64,000 nucleotides of DNA from Hemiscyllium ocellatum (GCF_020745735.1 NW_026867444.1:1-64000); one strand, 5' to 3'; positions 1 to 10,399 are shown, counted from the first letter of the stretch. Numbers and translations are program-made. Notes: generated by a model not told the origin, from the letters alone.

Positions 1-960
1 GGTCAGTGACAGCAGTTGGAGCTCCAGGTTCTGGAGCTTGAGCAGCAGCTGGTGTCAGTGGAGAGCATCTGTGAGGCTCTGAGAGCTCCGTGAGAGGAGC
101 CACGTTTCTAGATGGTCACTCTGCACCTTCAGAGTATGCAGGGAGAGAGGGAATGGGGGAGCAGCAGACAGTCCAAAAGGACCAGGCAGCTAGTACAGGA
201 ATCCCTGAGTGCCTCCCACTCTCCAACTGGATTCAGTTCAGAATCCTGATGAGAATGATGGTTCATCTGGGGAGGGAGTGCAGCCAGAGCCAAGTCCCTG
301 GCACCACGGTGGGGGGGGGGGGGCTCAGCTATACAGGAGGGCAGAAGGAAAACTGGAAGAGCGATAGTGAGAGGATATTTGAGAGTGAGGGCATCGATAG
401 GTGTTTCTGCAGCTGCAGATGGGAATCCAGGATGGTGTGTTGTCTCTCTGATGCCAAGGTCAAGGATGTCACTGAGCGGCTGCAGAGCACCCTGAGGGGA
501 GAGGGGGAACAGCCAGCAGTCATAGTCCACATTGGTCCCAGTGATGGATGGAGAAAAAAGGAACGTGGTCCTGCAGTCAGAAGGTTGGGAGCTCTGGAGG
601 GAATTAGCAGCAGGAACTGAAAAGGAGGAATCTCCGGATGACTTCCAGTGCTACATGCAGGTGAGAATAGAATCAGGAGGTGAGCACAGGTGACTGTGGG
701 GCTGGAAAGAGGATCCATGAGGGAGGTCTTTGGATTTTTGTGAGGTGGTTTACTCATGCAGTTAGAGAGGGTTTAAACTAACTTGGCAGGGCTGTGCGAA
801 CCAGGAGAGAATGTCAAAGAGGAACACAAAGGAACACAGAATCCTCAGTTCAGTCAATAAGTCACCTCCCAGTGGGAAGGATGTGGAAGAATACAAATGC
901 ATGAATTTACAGAGACCTGCAAATATGATAGAGTTGTTATAAATGGGCGGGGCGGTCTTT
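1..960 (+). mobile_element. CR1 LINE ORF1 remnant (SGNH esterase-like), inside the J-C intron of cluster A
   Basis: ORF 90-620 contains MVCCLSDAKVKDVTERLQSTLRGEGEQPAVIVHIG, typical of the vertebrate CR1 ORF1 esterase domain. The reverse-complement paralog is at about 40250-41205. Confidence 0.75.
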
Positions 961-1077
961 AGCTTCTGAATATAGACTGGGATAGTAGCAGTGTAATGGG
1001 CAGGAAGGGCCCAGAGTTGTGAGAGTGTGTTCAGGTGAATTTTCAGGTGGCATCGGTGGCTCAGTGGTGGCTCAGGT

Positions 1078-1396
1078 GGGGCAGCACGGTGGCTCAGTGG
1101 GTAGCACTGCAGCCTCTCAGAGCTAGGGTCACAGGTTCGATTCCAGCCTTGGGTAACTGTCTGTGTGGAGTTTGCACATTCTCCCTGTGTCTGCGTGGGT
1201 TTCCTCCGGGTGTTCTGGTTTACTCCCATGGTCCAAAGATGTTCAGGTCAGGTGAATTGGCCATGCTAAATTGCCCACAGTGTTAGATGCATTACTGAGA
1301 GGGAAATGGGTCTGGGTGGGTTACTCTTCGGAGGATCGGTGAGGACTTTTTGGGCAGAAGGGCCTGTTTCGACCCCGTAGAGGCTCTAATCTAATC
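1078..1396 (+). mobile_element. HE1-type tRNA-derived SINE
   Basis: Head GGGCAGCACGGTGGCTCAGTGG (A box) and GGTTCGATTCC (B box), body TGTGTGGAGTTTGCACATTCTCCC, CR1-like tail ending CTAATCTAATC. Absent at the paralogous site near 40095. Confidence 0.85.
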
Positions 1397-1399
1397 ATT

Positions 1400-3200
1400 G
1401 GCAGTGAAGAAGGCTGTCTAAGAATACAATGGAATCTTGATCAACTGGGCCAGTGGGCTGAGGAATGGCAGATGGAGTTTAATTCAGATACATGTGAGTG
1501 CTATATTTTGGTAAGACACAAGACATGGGTGAGATCCCAAACAAATATTTCAGGTCAGTATATATTGTGGAGAAAGCTAGGGAATTTGGAAAAATAGTGA
1601 TGTCTTGAAAAGAGACCACACACAAATGAGGAGACGCTCAAGATCTGAAAACACATAAAAGTAGTAGATAAACCCTAGGACCTGATCAGGTGTATCCCAG
1701 AACATTGTGGCAAACTAGGGAAGAGATTGCTGGGCCCCTTACTGAGATATGTGTATCACTGACAACTATGGGTAAGGTGCTGGAGAACCAGAGAGGTTGG
1801 CTAATGTTATGCCATTATTTAAGAAAGAAAGACTGTAAGGAAAAGCCAGGGAATTATAGACCAGTGAGCCTGATGTCAGTGTTGGGTAAGATGTTGGAGT
1901 GGATTCTGTGGGATAGGATTTACATTCTTTGGATAATCAATGTGGTTTTATGCATAGGAAATCATGTCTCCTGAATTTGATTGAGGAGGTGACAAAGAAG
2001 ATTTATGGAGATAGAACAATAGACATTGTCAATATGGACTTCAGTAAAGTTTTTGACAAGGTTCCACATGATAGACTGGTTAGTAAGGTTAGACCACATG
2101 GGATCCAGGGGGAGTGAGCCATTGGGATAAAAAATTGGATTGAAGATAGGAGACAGGAGTGGTGGTAAAAGGTTGCTTTTCAGACTGGAGATCTGTGAAT
2201 AGCTGTGTGCCACTAACATTGGTGCTGGATTCACTATTTTATAGAAATGATTTGGATGTGAATATAGGAGTTACAGTAAGTTTGTAGATGATATCTAAAT
2301 TGGTACGATAGTGGATAGCGAAGAAATTCATCTCAGAGTACAGCGGGACCTTCATCAGATGGGGCAATGGGCAGAGGTGTAGCATATGGAGTTCAGTTTA
2401 GATAACTGTGAGATGTTGCATTTTGGAAAGGCAACCCAGGGCAGGAGTTAGACAGTTAATGGGAGGGCCCTGTGGAGTGTTGCTGAACAAAGAGACCTCG
2501 GATTGAAGATGCAAGTGCATTATTACTTGAAAGTGGGGTCACAAGTAGACAGGGTGATGAAGAAGGTGTTGGGTACACTTGCTTTTATTGGTCACTATTT
2601 TGAGTATAGGAGTTGGGACATCATGTTGCAGCTGTACAGGAGATTAGTGAGGCCACTTTGGCAATAATGTGAACAATCCTGATCACCTTGAAAATAGGAA
2701 GGATGCTGTTAAACTTATAAAGCTGCAGAAAAGATTTACAAGGACATGGCCAGGAATTGGAGGGTTTGAGCTATAGGGAAAGGCTGAAGAAACTGGGTCT
2801 ATTTTTCCTACAGCATCTAAGGCTTCGGGGTGACCTTATAGATGTTTATACAATCATGAGGGGCATGGACAGGGTGTATATCCAAGGCCTTTTCTTTGGG
2901 AAAGGGAGTCCAAAACAAGATGGCATAGGTTTAAGGTGAGAGGCAAAATATTCAAAAGGGACCTGAGGGGTAACTTGTCACACAGAGGGTGGTATGTGTC
3001 TGGATCGAGCTGCCAGAGTAAGTATTGGAGGCAGATACTATTACAGCATTTAAAACGCATTGGGATGGGTACATGAATCGGAAGGGTTTTGAGGAATGTA
3101 AGCAAAATGCTGGCAAATGGGATGAGGTGATTTAGGATATCTGGTTAGTATGGACAAGTTGAACTGAAAGGTCTGTTTCCACGCTGTATGACTCCATGAC
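1400..3200 (+). mobile_element. Degenerate CR1 ORF2 (RT) fragments with 3' tail, composite of two copies
   Basis: KPGNYRPVSLMSVLGK, QCGFMHRKSCL and DFSKVFDKVPH motifs in broken frames; tail ends TGTATGACTCCATGAC. Confidence 0.85.
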
Positions 3201-3822
3201 GATGAGAAGCTGGAAAAGCTGAAACTTTTTATTCTGACACGTAAGAGTCTGAGGAGTGACCTTGTAAAGGTTTATAAAATCATGAGGGTCATAGAAAATG
3301 TGAATAATTCAGGAAGGAGCTGAAGTTTTGTAGAAATGGCAAAAAATATTCCTGAAGATCCTTCCAGGGATGAGGAACATCAGTTATACAGATTGATTGG
3401 AGAATTTGGGACTGTCTTCTTTGGCGAAGGCTGAGAGGAGATTTGTTTGAGGAATTAAAACCAGGAGGGGCCTGGACAGGGTAAATAGGGAGAAAATGTT
3501 CCCAATTGAGAAAGGATTGAGACCGAGAGAACACAGATTTAAAGTAATAAGTAAAAGTAACAAAAGTGAGAGGGGGAACAACATTTTCAGCCAGTGAGTG
3601 GTTAAGGTGTGGAATGCACTGCCTAAGAGTGTGGTGGAGGCAGCTTCAATTAAAACATTCCGAAGGGAATGAGACTGTTATTTGAAAAGGAACAATGTGC
3701 AGGGTGACAGGGAGAAGGCAGGAGAATGACACTCAGTGAATTGCTCAGTCGGAGAACCATGACAGACAGGATGGACGGAATGGCCTCCTTGTGCACTGTA
3801 ACTATTCTGTGATTGTGTGATT
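3201..3822 (+). mobile_element. CR1 3' fragment
   Basis: CR1 ORF2 C-terminal and 3'UTR sequence (GTGGTTAAGGTGTGGAATGCACTGCC...; tail ATTCTGTGATTGTGTGA). Mirrored at about 38590-39200. Confidence 0.75.
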
Positions 3823-3867
3823 GAGCAGAGTTAAAGCTGGGGGAGGTGGGAGCTCGGTGTCTCACTG

Positions 3868-3869
<2 letters not shown>

Positions 3870-3899
<30 letters not shown>
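3870..3899. repeat. (CTG)10 microsatellite
   Basis: Ten perfect CTG units; the paralogous site near 38533-38541 has three. Confidence 0.95.
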
Positions 3900-4272
3900 A
3901 GGTCAGTGAGATCAGAGACTGGGACAGGGAGCCAGAGCTCACATCAAACTCTGCCCCGTGTCCGTCACACTGAGACTGGCAGGAGGCTACTCACTGATTT
4001 CACTCCATGCTGCAGGAATGGGACCACAGGCTGCAAATGGACAGAGCTCCTCCACACGGTGAGTAAAACTGACTGACTTATATCTTGCTTCTTAAAGGGG
4101 GCAATGGAACTGAAGTGGTACGGTTGGACAACTGTTAGACACAGTGCTCCTTAATCAACCATTTCGTTCACTGCAGCTCCCCACTAACACCTTCAACAAA
4201 TCAGTAACTGTATTTTAGAAAGTGTGTTTCAGTATTGAAAGGGTTAATAACAGAGGATTGAGGTTTACTTAC

Positions 4273-4307
4273 TCAGTCTGAGCTTGGTTCCTTTACCGAA
4301 CGTGTCC
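4273..4307 (-). CDS. IGKJ: Ig light-chain J segment, cluster A (DTFGKGTKLRL-S), apparently functional
   Basis: FGxG motif, and a phase-1 donor CTGA|GTAAGT that matches the phase of the C exon seen at 48104. Confidence 0.95.
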
Positions 4308-4346
4308 CACAGTGAGAGTTCCCAGTGCAGAGGCTGTACAAAAACC
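4308..4346 (-). other. 23-bp-spacer recombination signal sequence of J (cluster A)
   Basis: Minus strand GGTTTTTGT, 23-nt spacer, CACTGTG; consensus nonamer and heptamer. Confidence 0.97.
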
Positions 4347-4778
4347 TCTGCTCTCTGCTTCCCCCCCATCACTCTCAACCTCTCCCTGTCTCCCAGTCTC
4401 TCGTTCACTCTCAACTTCTTTCTGCCCCTCTCTGTCTCTCCCTCATTCATGTGTCTTTCTGTCTCCATCTCTCTCTGTGTCCAGCTGGGCTTGGGAGCTT
4501 TGTGAAATTTATTTTTCGATATTAAATCTTGCAGCTGTTCTTCACGCGTGGTCATGGAGTGTCAGAGGGAAACTTGAGGCCTTCAGTGAGCGGTGGACAC
4601 CACAGGGACTGGAGTGTGTCATGGACAGTTACAATCCCAGCATGGGGTAATTTGTTCAGTTTCATTTGTATCTAATTGTGGATGTGTCAGTTCAGGCTGT
4701 GGGACTGTGTGTCCATTATTATACATTTTATATAACTGATTGATGTGTCAGTGCATGAGGTGGTGCTGTGTGTCTTGA

Positions 4779-4806
4779 GGTTTTGGTATGGCTCTGTATC
4801 ACTGTG
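4779..4806 (-). other. 12-bp-spacer RSS of V (cluster A)
   Basis: CACAGTG-ATACAGAGCCAT-ACCAAAACC; one mismatch to the ACAAAAACC consensus. V-12/J-23 is the kappa configuration. Confidence 0.95.
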
Positions 4807-5117
4807 TTGAGCGGAGCTGCTATACCAGCTGTAATCCTGCTGACAGTAATAGTCAGCGACATCCTCACTCTGAACGTTGCTGATTGTCAGGGTGTAACTG
4901 GTCCCTGATCCACTGCCGGTGAATCGCTCGGAGACTCCTGTGAATCGAGATGTTGCAGCATAGATCAGGAGAGAGGGTTTCTGACCTTCTCGCTGCTGGT
5001 ACCAACTGAGGTAGCTGCTAATGCTTTGACTGGCCGTACAGGTGATGGTTGCAGTCTGGCCCAGTTCCACTGACAGCACCGGGGGAGACTGGGTCATGAT
5101 AATCTCCCCATTGATAC
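4807..5117 (-). CDS. IGKV: Ig kappa-type (shark type III/NS4-like) V exon, open reading frame
   Basis: Acceptor CCCTCAG|GT. Translation [53 protein letters not shown]...[20 protein letters not shown] has both Cys, the Trp and YYC, with no stops. Confidence 0.95.
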
Positions 5118-5303
5118 CTGAGGGGTCAGAGAGAAACACAGTGAAGTCAGAACTGTCACAGAAAGAGCCGGTCAAATGAGAGATTGTTGGAGACACTGAG
5201 CATTCCTCTGGTTTCAGCATTTTCCCTTCAATCACAAGTCAGTGGAATTGGAGTGAAATGGAGAGCAGCGAAAGATTCAAGGTGGAAGGAGAGAGATTTG
5301 TAC

Positions 5304-5352
5304 CTGCGACACAGAATGCCAGGGGCCAGATCAGCTGGATGTGTGTAATCAT
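5304..5352 (-). CDS. IGKV: Leader exon of V (cluster A), MITHIQLIWPLAFCVA-G
   Basis: ATG at 5352, hydrophobic signal peptide, donor G|GTACAA; 186-nt GT-AG intron to 5118. Confidence 0.92.
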
Positions 5353-5412
5353 GGTGTGTGCTCCTGTCCCTGTGCCTGGTTCCTGATAAACTCTCCCTTC
5401 ACTGGGCTCTGC

Positions 5413-5505
5413 TTTATAAAGCTGCAGCCTGTGAGAGTCTGACTGGGTGTTCCTCAGTATGTAAATGGCATCAGGCAGAGAGAGCCACGTCAGCCCCTCA
5501 CACTT

Positions 5506-5509
<4 letters not shown>
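5413..5509 (-). promoter_or_regulatory. V promoter A: TATA-like box, variant octamer, CRE-like and Ets/PU.1 motifs
   Basis: TTTATAAA at 5413-5420; ATTTACAT (minus) at 5459-5466, one mismatch to the Ig octamer ATTTGCAT; TGACGT (minus) near 5487-5492; GAGGAAGT (minus) at 5502-5509. Confidence 0.7.
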
Positions 5510-5541
<32 letters not shown>

Positions 5542-6020
5542 CTTTCTTTTCTTTCTCCCTTTTCCCTTTTTTCTCTTTCTCACCCTTCTCTTGTATACGT
5601 TCTTGTTATTCGTTGACTTTCTCTCTCTTTTTCTATTTCCGTCTCCAACTCTGTCCTCTCCCAATTATATAACTACTTATATCTTTCCTTTTTTCCATGT
5701 ATGTTTGACATTCTGTTTATCTCCCTCCCTTCTGTTTTGGTTGGTCTCTCTCTCTCTCTCTCTCTCTGATCATTCATTCTTCTCCTTCACTTATATTACT
5801 ACCTAATTCCTCACTCATTCTCTCCTTATACCCTCAATCTCTAATTGCCTCACTCTCTCTTTGTTTCCCTCCCTCCAGTCACTCTCTAGCAGGCATTATT
5901 CCAGGACATTGGAACAGTGAGTCCTGGGGCAGCAATTAAATGCCTCGCCCTCTCTCACTCAATCTCACAATGTACACTTGCTCTCTGTCTCTGTCTGTGT
6001 GTGTCTTCTGTGTCTCTCTC
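5508..6020. repeat. CT-rich microsatellite / polypyrimidine tract
   Basis: (CT)n runs directly upstream of the promoter. Further CT-rich tracts at about 4370-4480 and 6510-6815. Confidence 0.85.
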
Positions 6021-6163
6021 AATCAAAAGTTCAATGACATGAACAGCATTTAACAAGTCTCTACTGATCATCAATGATCTAGCAACATCAATCCCAGCTT
6101 GGCATTGAGGGAGAGGATCAGCCATGGTCATATTGAATGGCAGAACAGACTCACAGGGCCAAT

Positions 6164-6204
6164 CCCTAACCCTTACCCTAACCCTAACCCTAAACCTAAC
6201 CCTA
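6164..6204. repeat. Short interstitial telomeric-type array, about 7 CCCTAA-like units
   Basis: CCCTAA CCCTTA CCCTAA CCCTAA CCCTAA ACCTAA CCCTA inserted in a CR1 3' tail. Confidence 0.85.
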
Positions 6205-6772
6205 CTCCTGCTCTCTATTTCTATCTTTGTATGTCTGTGTAATCTCCAATCTCTGTCCCTGGATATTGATCCCTCTATTCATGGAAAAAGTTGCCTTCCT
6301 GTCCACTCTATCCCTGCCTCTCATAATCTTTTTGCCCTTCAGCAGGTTCCCTCTCAACCTTCACTGCTCCAAGAGAAACAATCCCAAACTTTCCAATCCT
6401 TCCTCATAGCTCACACCCTCCAGGCCAGGCAGCATCCTGGGAAATCTTTGCACCATCTCGAGTACAGTCATATCTTTCTCATAATATGGTGACCAGAACA
6501 TCTCTGCACGTCTGTCTCTCTCTTTCACTGGATTGCCTCTACTCTTTGTCTCACACCTACTCTGTCTGTCTCTCTCTCTCTCTGTCCCCTCTCTCTCAGT
6601 CACACTGTCTCATACTCTATCTCGCTCTATCTCTATTCTTCAACTCCACCATCTCTACCTCTCTCTACCTCTCTCTCTCCCCCGCTTTTACTCATCTTAC
6701 ACTGCCTGAGATTCTTTATCCTGCTCTCTCTCACTTTCACACCCTGCCCTTCTATGTCTCTCTCGTCAACAT

Positions 6773-6808
<36 letters not shown>

Positions 6809-7284
6809 GCACACTCTCTGCCTTTCCAACAAGGTCCCAAGTGGTAAAAGTTAAATACAGGTTATATCTCCTCCAAATCTAATGGATGTTAACCCTTGAC
6901 ACCAGGAGTATGTCTACTCCTGGAATAAAGGCCCATTTCCCACATTGACCAGGGTTTGGCCTCTCTCAGGAAGACGGTCAGATTCTTGTCAAATGAAGGG
7001 CAATTCTGTGCTGTTGGCCCATTCTTCCTGGGGACTGGTTTGGACACAAACCTCATTCCATGAAAGCCCAGCAGAGGGAGGAGATCCTCAGGCCATCAGT
7101 ATGACCTGGAGGGATAGGACAGGATCTGACCCATTGACCCATCCTATCCATTCACAACATGTTCCAATCCTTTCCCCTCACCTTTCCCTTCCATGGTCAA
7201 GCTCCAGTTTTATTGGTATGAGGATTGGACCATCACACAGTTACTACAGAAAGGAAATGAGCCCCACACTCACTACAGTATCCA

Positions 7285-7635
7285 TGTCCCACTGGACTGT
7301 CCAGTGGAGACCAGTAAGCATGGAATTCATTCCCACAGAACTCTCCAGTAGAGACCATTAAACATAGGCATCTTTGCTGCTGGAGCCTCCAATGGAGACC
7401 AGTAAATATGGGTCTATTTCCCACTGAATACTCGAGCAGAGCCTAGTTAACATGGACCTTATTCCTACTGGGCCCTCCAATAGAAACCAGGAGAGAAAGG
7501 CCTCCATTTCTTTGAACTCTCCAGTGCAGACCAGTAAATATAGACGAGCTTCAAACTGGCTCCTCCAATACAGACCAGTAAAGATGTGACTCTTTGTGAA
7601 TGGATCCTCCAATACAGACCAGTAAACAAGGATCT
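7285..7635. repeat. Degenerate minisatellite with 44-bp period (arm A); continues at about 8745-8845
   Basis: The AGACCAGTAA-like core recurs at 7308, 7352, 7396, 7440, 7484, 7528, 7572 and 7616. Confidence 0.9.
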
Positions 7636-7940
7636 CATTGCAAGATTGAACTTCGGAATGAGGAGCAGGAATAGGTAATCAAACCCGTTTCCTATTTAAC
7701 ATGATCATGGCTGAACTTAACCTCCTCTCCACTTTCCAGACGGCTACCTATTGCCCTCTATCCTGCTTTTCATCAGAAAGATATCTGTTTCTTTCTTGAA
7801 TCTGTTGATTGATTCTGCCTCCACTGTGCTTGAGGAAGGGGGTGGGGAGGGGGGGGGGAGTGGGGAGGGGGGGTGGAGATGATGGTGCGCACTGACATCC
7901 ACAGATTCGCAACCTTCTGCGAGAAGTAGTTGGAATGGAA

Positions 7941-8281
7941 CAGATTCCATACAGTATGAAACCAGGCCATTCAGCCCAATAAGTCCACACCAACCCTTCA
8001 AAGAGCATTCCACCCAGAGCCATTCTGGAACCTTTTCCCTGTAACCCTATATTTCCCATGACTAATGAATCTAACCTACACTTTCCTGGACACTATGGGT
8101 AAATTAGCATGGCCAATCCTCTGAACGTGTACATCATTAGACTGTGGGAGGAAATCAGAGCACACAGATGAAGCTCACACAGACAGGGGGAGAATGTGCA
8201 AACTCCATGCAGTTGCCTGAGGGTGGAGTCGAACCTGGGGCCCTGGCACTGTGAGGCAGCAGTGCTCACCACTGCACCACT
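7941..8281 (-). mobile_element. HE1-type SINE
   Basis: Reverse complement of the same head, body and tail seen at 1078-1396. Confidence 0.8.
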
Positions 8282-9809
8282 CTGTCACCTGTAGTTTCTC
8301 CTCATCTCAGTTTTAAACATACCTCCTCTCACTCTATGTCTATGACCTCTTGTTCGAGACTGGCCCACAAGAGAGTACATCTGTTCAATGCTTGCCCTAT
8401 CAATCTCCTTTAGCATCTTATATACTTCACTCAGATCTCCCCTTCATACAACTGAATTCCAGTGAGTACAAGCCCTAGCTATTCAACCATTCCTCATATG
8501 GCAGCCCTTTCATCCGGGGAATCAGTCTGGTGAACATCCTCTGAACTGAATCCAGTGCCACCATATCCTTCACCAAGTAAGGAGACCACAACTGGACACA
8601 ATGCTTCAGATGTGGTCTCACCAATGCCTAATAGAATTGTCACAATATTTCTTTATTTCTGTAATTCAGTCCTTTTATAATAAATACCAAGATTCCAATT
8701 GCTGCAAGAAATGCCAACATTCCAATTCCATGGGACTCAATTGGAACCTCCAACAGAGATCAGGAAACATGGGCCTCCATCCCACTGGAATGTCCAATGG
8801 ACAGCAATAAGCCTGAGCTTCTTTCCCACTGGACCCTCCAGTATTGGAGCTTCAAACCCCACTTCCTCTCCATCACCTAGGTCTCTTATTTCAATCTCCA
8901 CTACATTGTTTGTCTCTGCACTACATCAGCCCCTTGACCACAGAAACTCTTATTCCTGCTCATCCCACCTCCAAACTCCAACATTCTGATGTCCTCTCTC
9001 AGCTTACTCCATCTGTGCTCCATAAATTCCAAATTGTCTGGAATGAAATGGCCCCTTCCCTGTCTCATACCAAGGAGGAGATTGACAGATTTGATTTTAG
9101 TAATTAGTTGAAAGTTTACGGAGAGTGGGTGTGGTCAGAATTGGTCAAATTGATGACGGCTCCTGCAGTTGAATATCCTGCTGGCAGGCTCCAGCCTTTT
9201 ACACACAGAATGGAGAAGTGTGTATTGTAGGCATATATTGTAAAGTTCCATAGAATTAAACCTCAGCATCAAATGTCCCTCAGGAGGGGAGAGGGAATGT
9301 TCAGGGTCCTGAGCTCCATTTCCCAGCCCAGGCAGTTTGCCTCCCAATGAATGAATGAGATGCCAGCTTGGAGCCCAGGTTAGGGACAGTCTCTGCTGTG
9401 GACCCAAGTCAACAAGAGGCAGCTGGAGATCGAGCTGAAAGGAAAGATTTGCTGGGTTATGGGGAGAGAGGGGGCAGTGGGAATAATTGGATCACTCACA
9501 GACACCACAGGTGCGGGGGGGGGGGGGGTGCAGGTTTAGGACTAAATAGAGAAGGAACTTCTTCACCCAGAGGGTGGTGAATCTATGGAATTCCCTGCCC
9601 AGCGAAGTCGTTGAGGTTTCCTCAGTAAATGTTTTTAAAGCTGATTTAGGTAATTTTTTGAACAGTAAATGAATCAAGGGTTTTGGTGAAAAGGTGGATA
9701 AGGGGGAGCTGATGCCATGAAAAGATCAGCCATGATCTTACTGAATGGCAGAGCAGCCCAAGAGGCCAGAGAGCCTGCTCCTGCTCCTGGTTTTAATGTT
9801 CTTATGTGC

Positions 9810-10090
9810 TGTCAGATTCCAGGGAGTGCAGACAGTTCACAGTTTTCTCCCGTCTCAGTAACAAATGTGCAGCTGCTCCGAGCTCCTTCTTTCACTTCCT
9901 CACTTGGTGAAGTTTCAACCTTGCGATCTGACAGCCTTTGCAGTTATTTTTTACACTGGGGCTTTCTGCTGTGGTCAGAATCTCTAATAATAAGTGTCCA
10001 ATCAGTGACAATCACAGCAGCTAAGAGCAGTCAGGACTGAGTAGCCAGGCTCACTGGGAAACACATTGGGAAGATCAAAGCCATCCCCTT
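9810..10090. promoter_or_regulatory. Candidate B-cell enhancer upstream of V (arm A)
   Basis: TTTCACTTCC at 9890-9899 (GGAAGTGAAA on minus, an Ets-IRF composite); CAGCTG at 9870-9875; TGTGGT at 9970-9975. The block is conserved with 31085-31385. Confidence 0.55.
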
Positions 10091-10155
10091 CAGGTCCCGG
10101 TACAACCTCCATCCCTCTCCCTGAGCACTGTCTGCTGCTCAACCAGACTCTTTAC

Positions 10156-10337
10156 AAAAACAGAATACCTCAGCAGGTCTGGCAGCATCTGGGGAAAGAA
10201 ATCAGAGTTAACCTTTCAGGTCGAGTGACCCTTCCTCAGAACAGTTCTGAGAAGGTTCACGTCCCAAAATTTTAACTCTGCTTTCTCTCCACAGATGGTG
10301 CCAGACCTGCCGAGCTTTTCCAGCAATTTCTGTTTTT
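10156..10337. mobile_element. Inverted pair of Penelope-like terminal sequences (imperfect hairpin)
   Basis: The left half CTCAGCAGGTCTGGCAGCATCTG...GACCCTTCCTCAGAAC is mirrored by GTTCTGAGAAGG...CAGATGGTGCCAGACCTGCCGAG. Similar to the PLE terminus at about 62170-62260. Confidence 0.65.
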
Positions 10338-10399
10338 GTTCCTCATTTGCAGCATCTGCAGCTTTTTCGGCTTTTATTTCATACCAGATTCCTTAAAAT

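Noticed and set aside
3846-4076. Signal-peptide-like ORF MGARCLTVLLLLLLLLLLRS (and 38371-38565 on minus)
   Set aside because: Starts at GTG with an in-frame stop shortly upstream. The poly-Leu is just the CTG microsatellite, and the paralog shifts frame.
4273-5117. Germline-joined VJ gene
   Set aside because: V and J are about 500 bp apart with both RSSs intact in each cluster, so both are in split configuration.
4687-5235. 182-aa ORF as a single-exon protein
   Set aside because: It reads through the leader intron and the RSS. The real unit is the spliced leader 5304-5352 plus V 4807-5117.
5239-6854. Arg/Glu-rich and Leu/Ser-rich ORFs
   Set aside because: They are translations of CT/GA microsatellites.
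7285-7635. CRISPR array (conserved cores with variable intervening sequence at a fixed period)
   Set aside because: Vertebrate DNA, no cas genes, and the intervening segments are homologous to one another. It is a degenerate minisatellite.
7836-7877. G-quadruplex-like G-rich tract (also G/C runs near 309-324, 9515-9527, 18700-18725 and 25016-25029)
   Set aside because: These are inside repeat relics, not shared between arms, and homopolymer lengths may be assembly-dependent.
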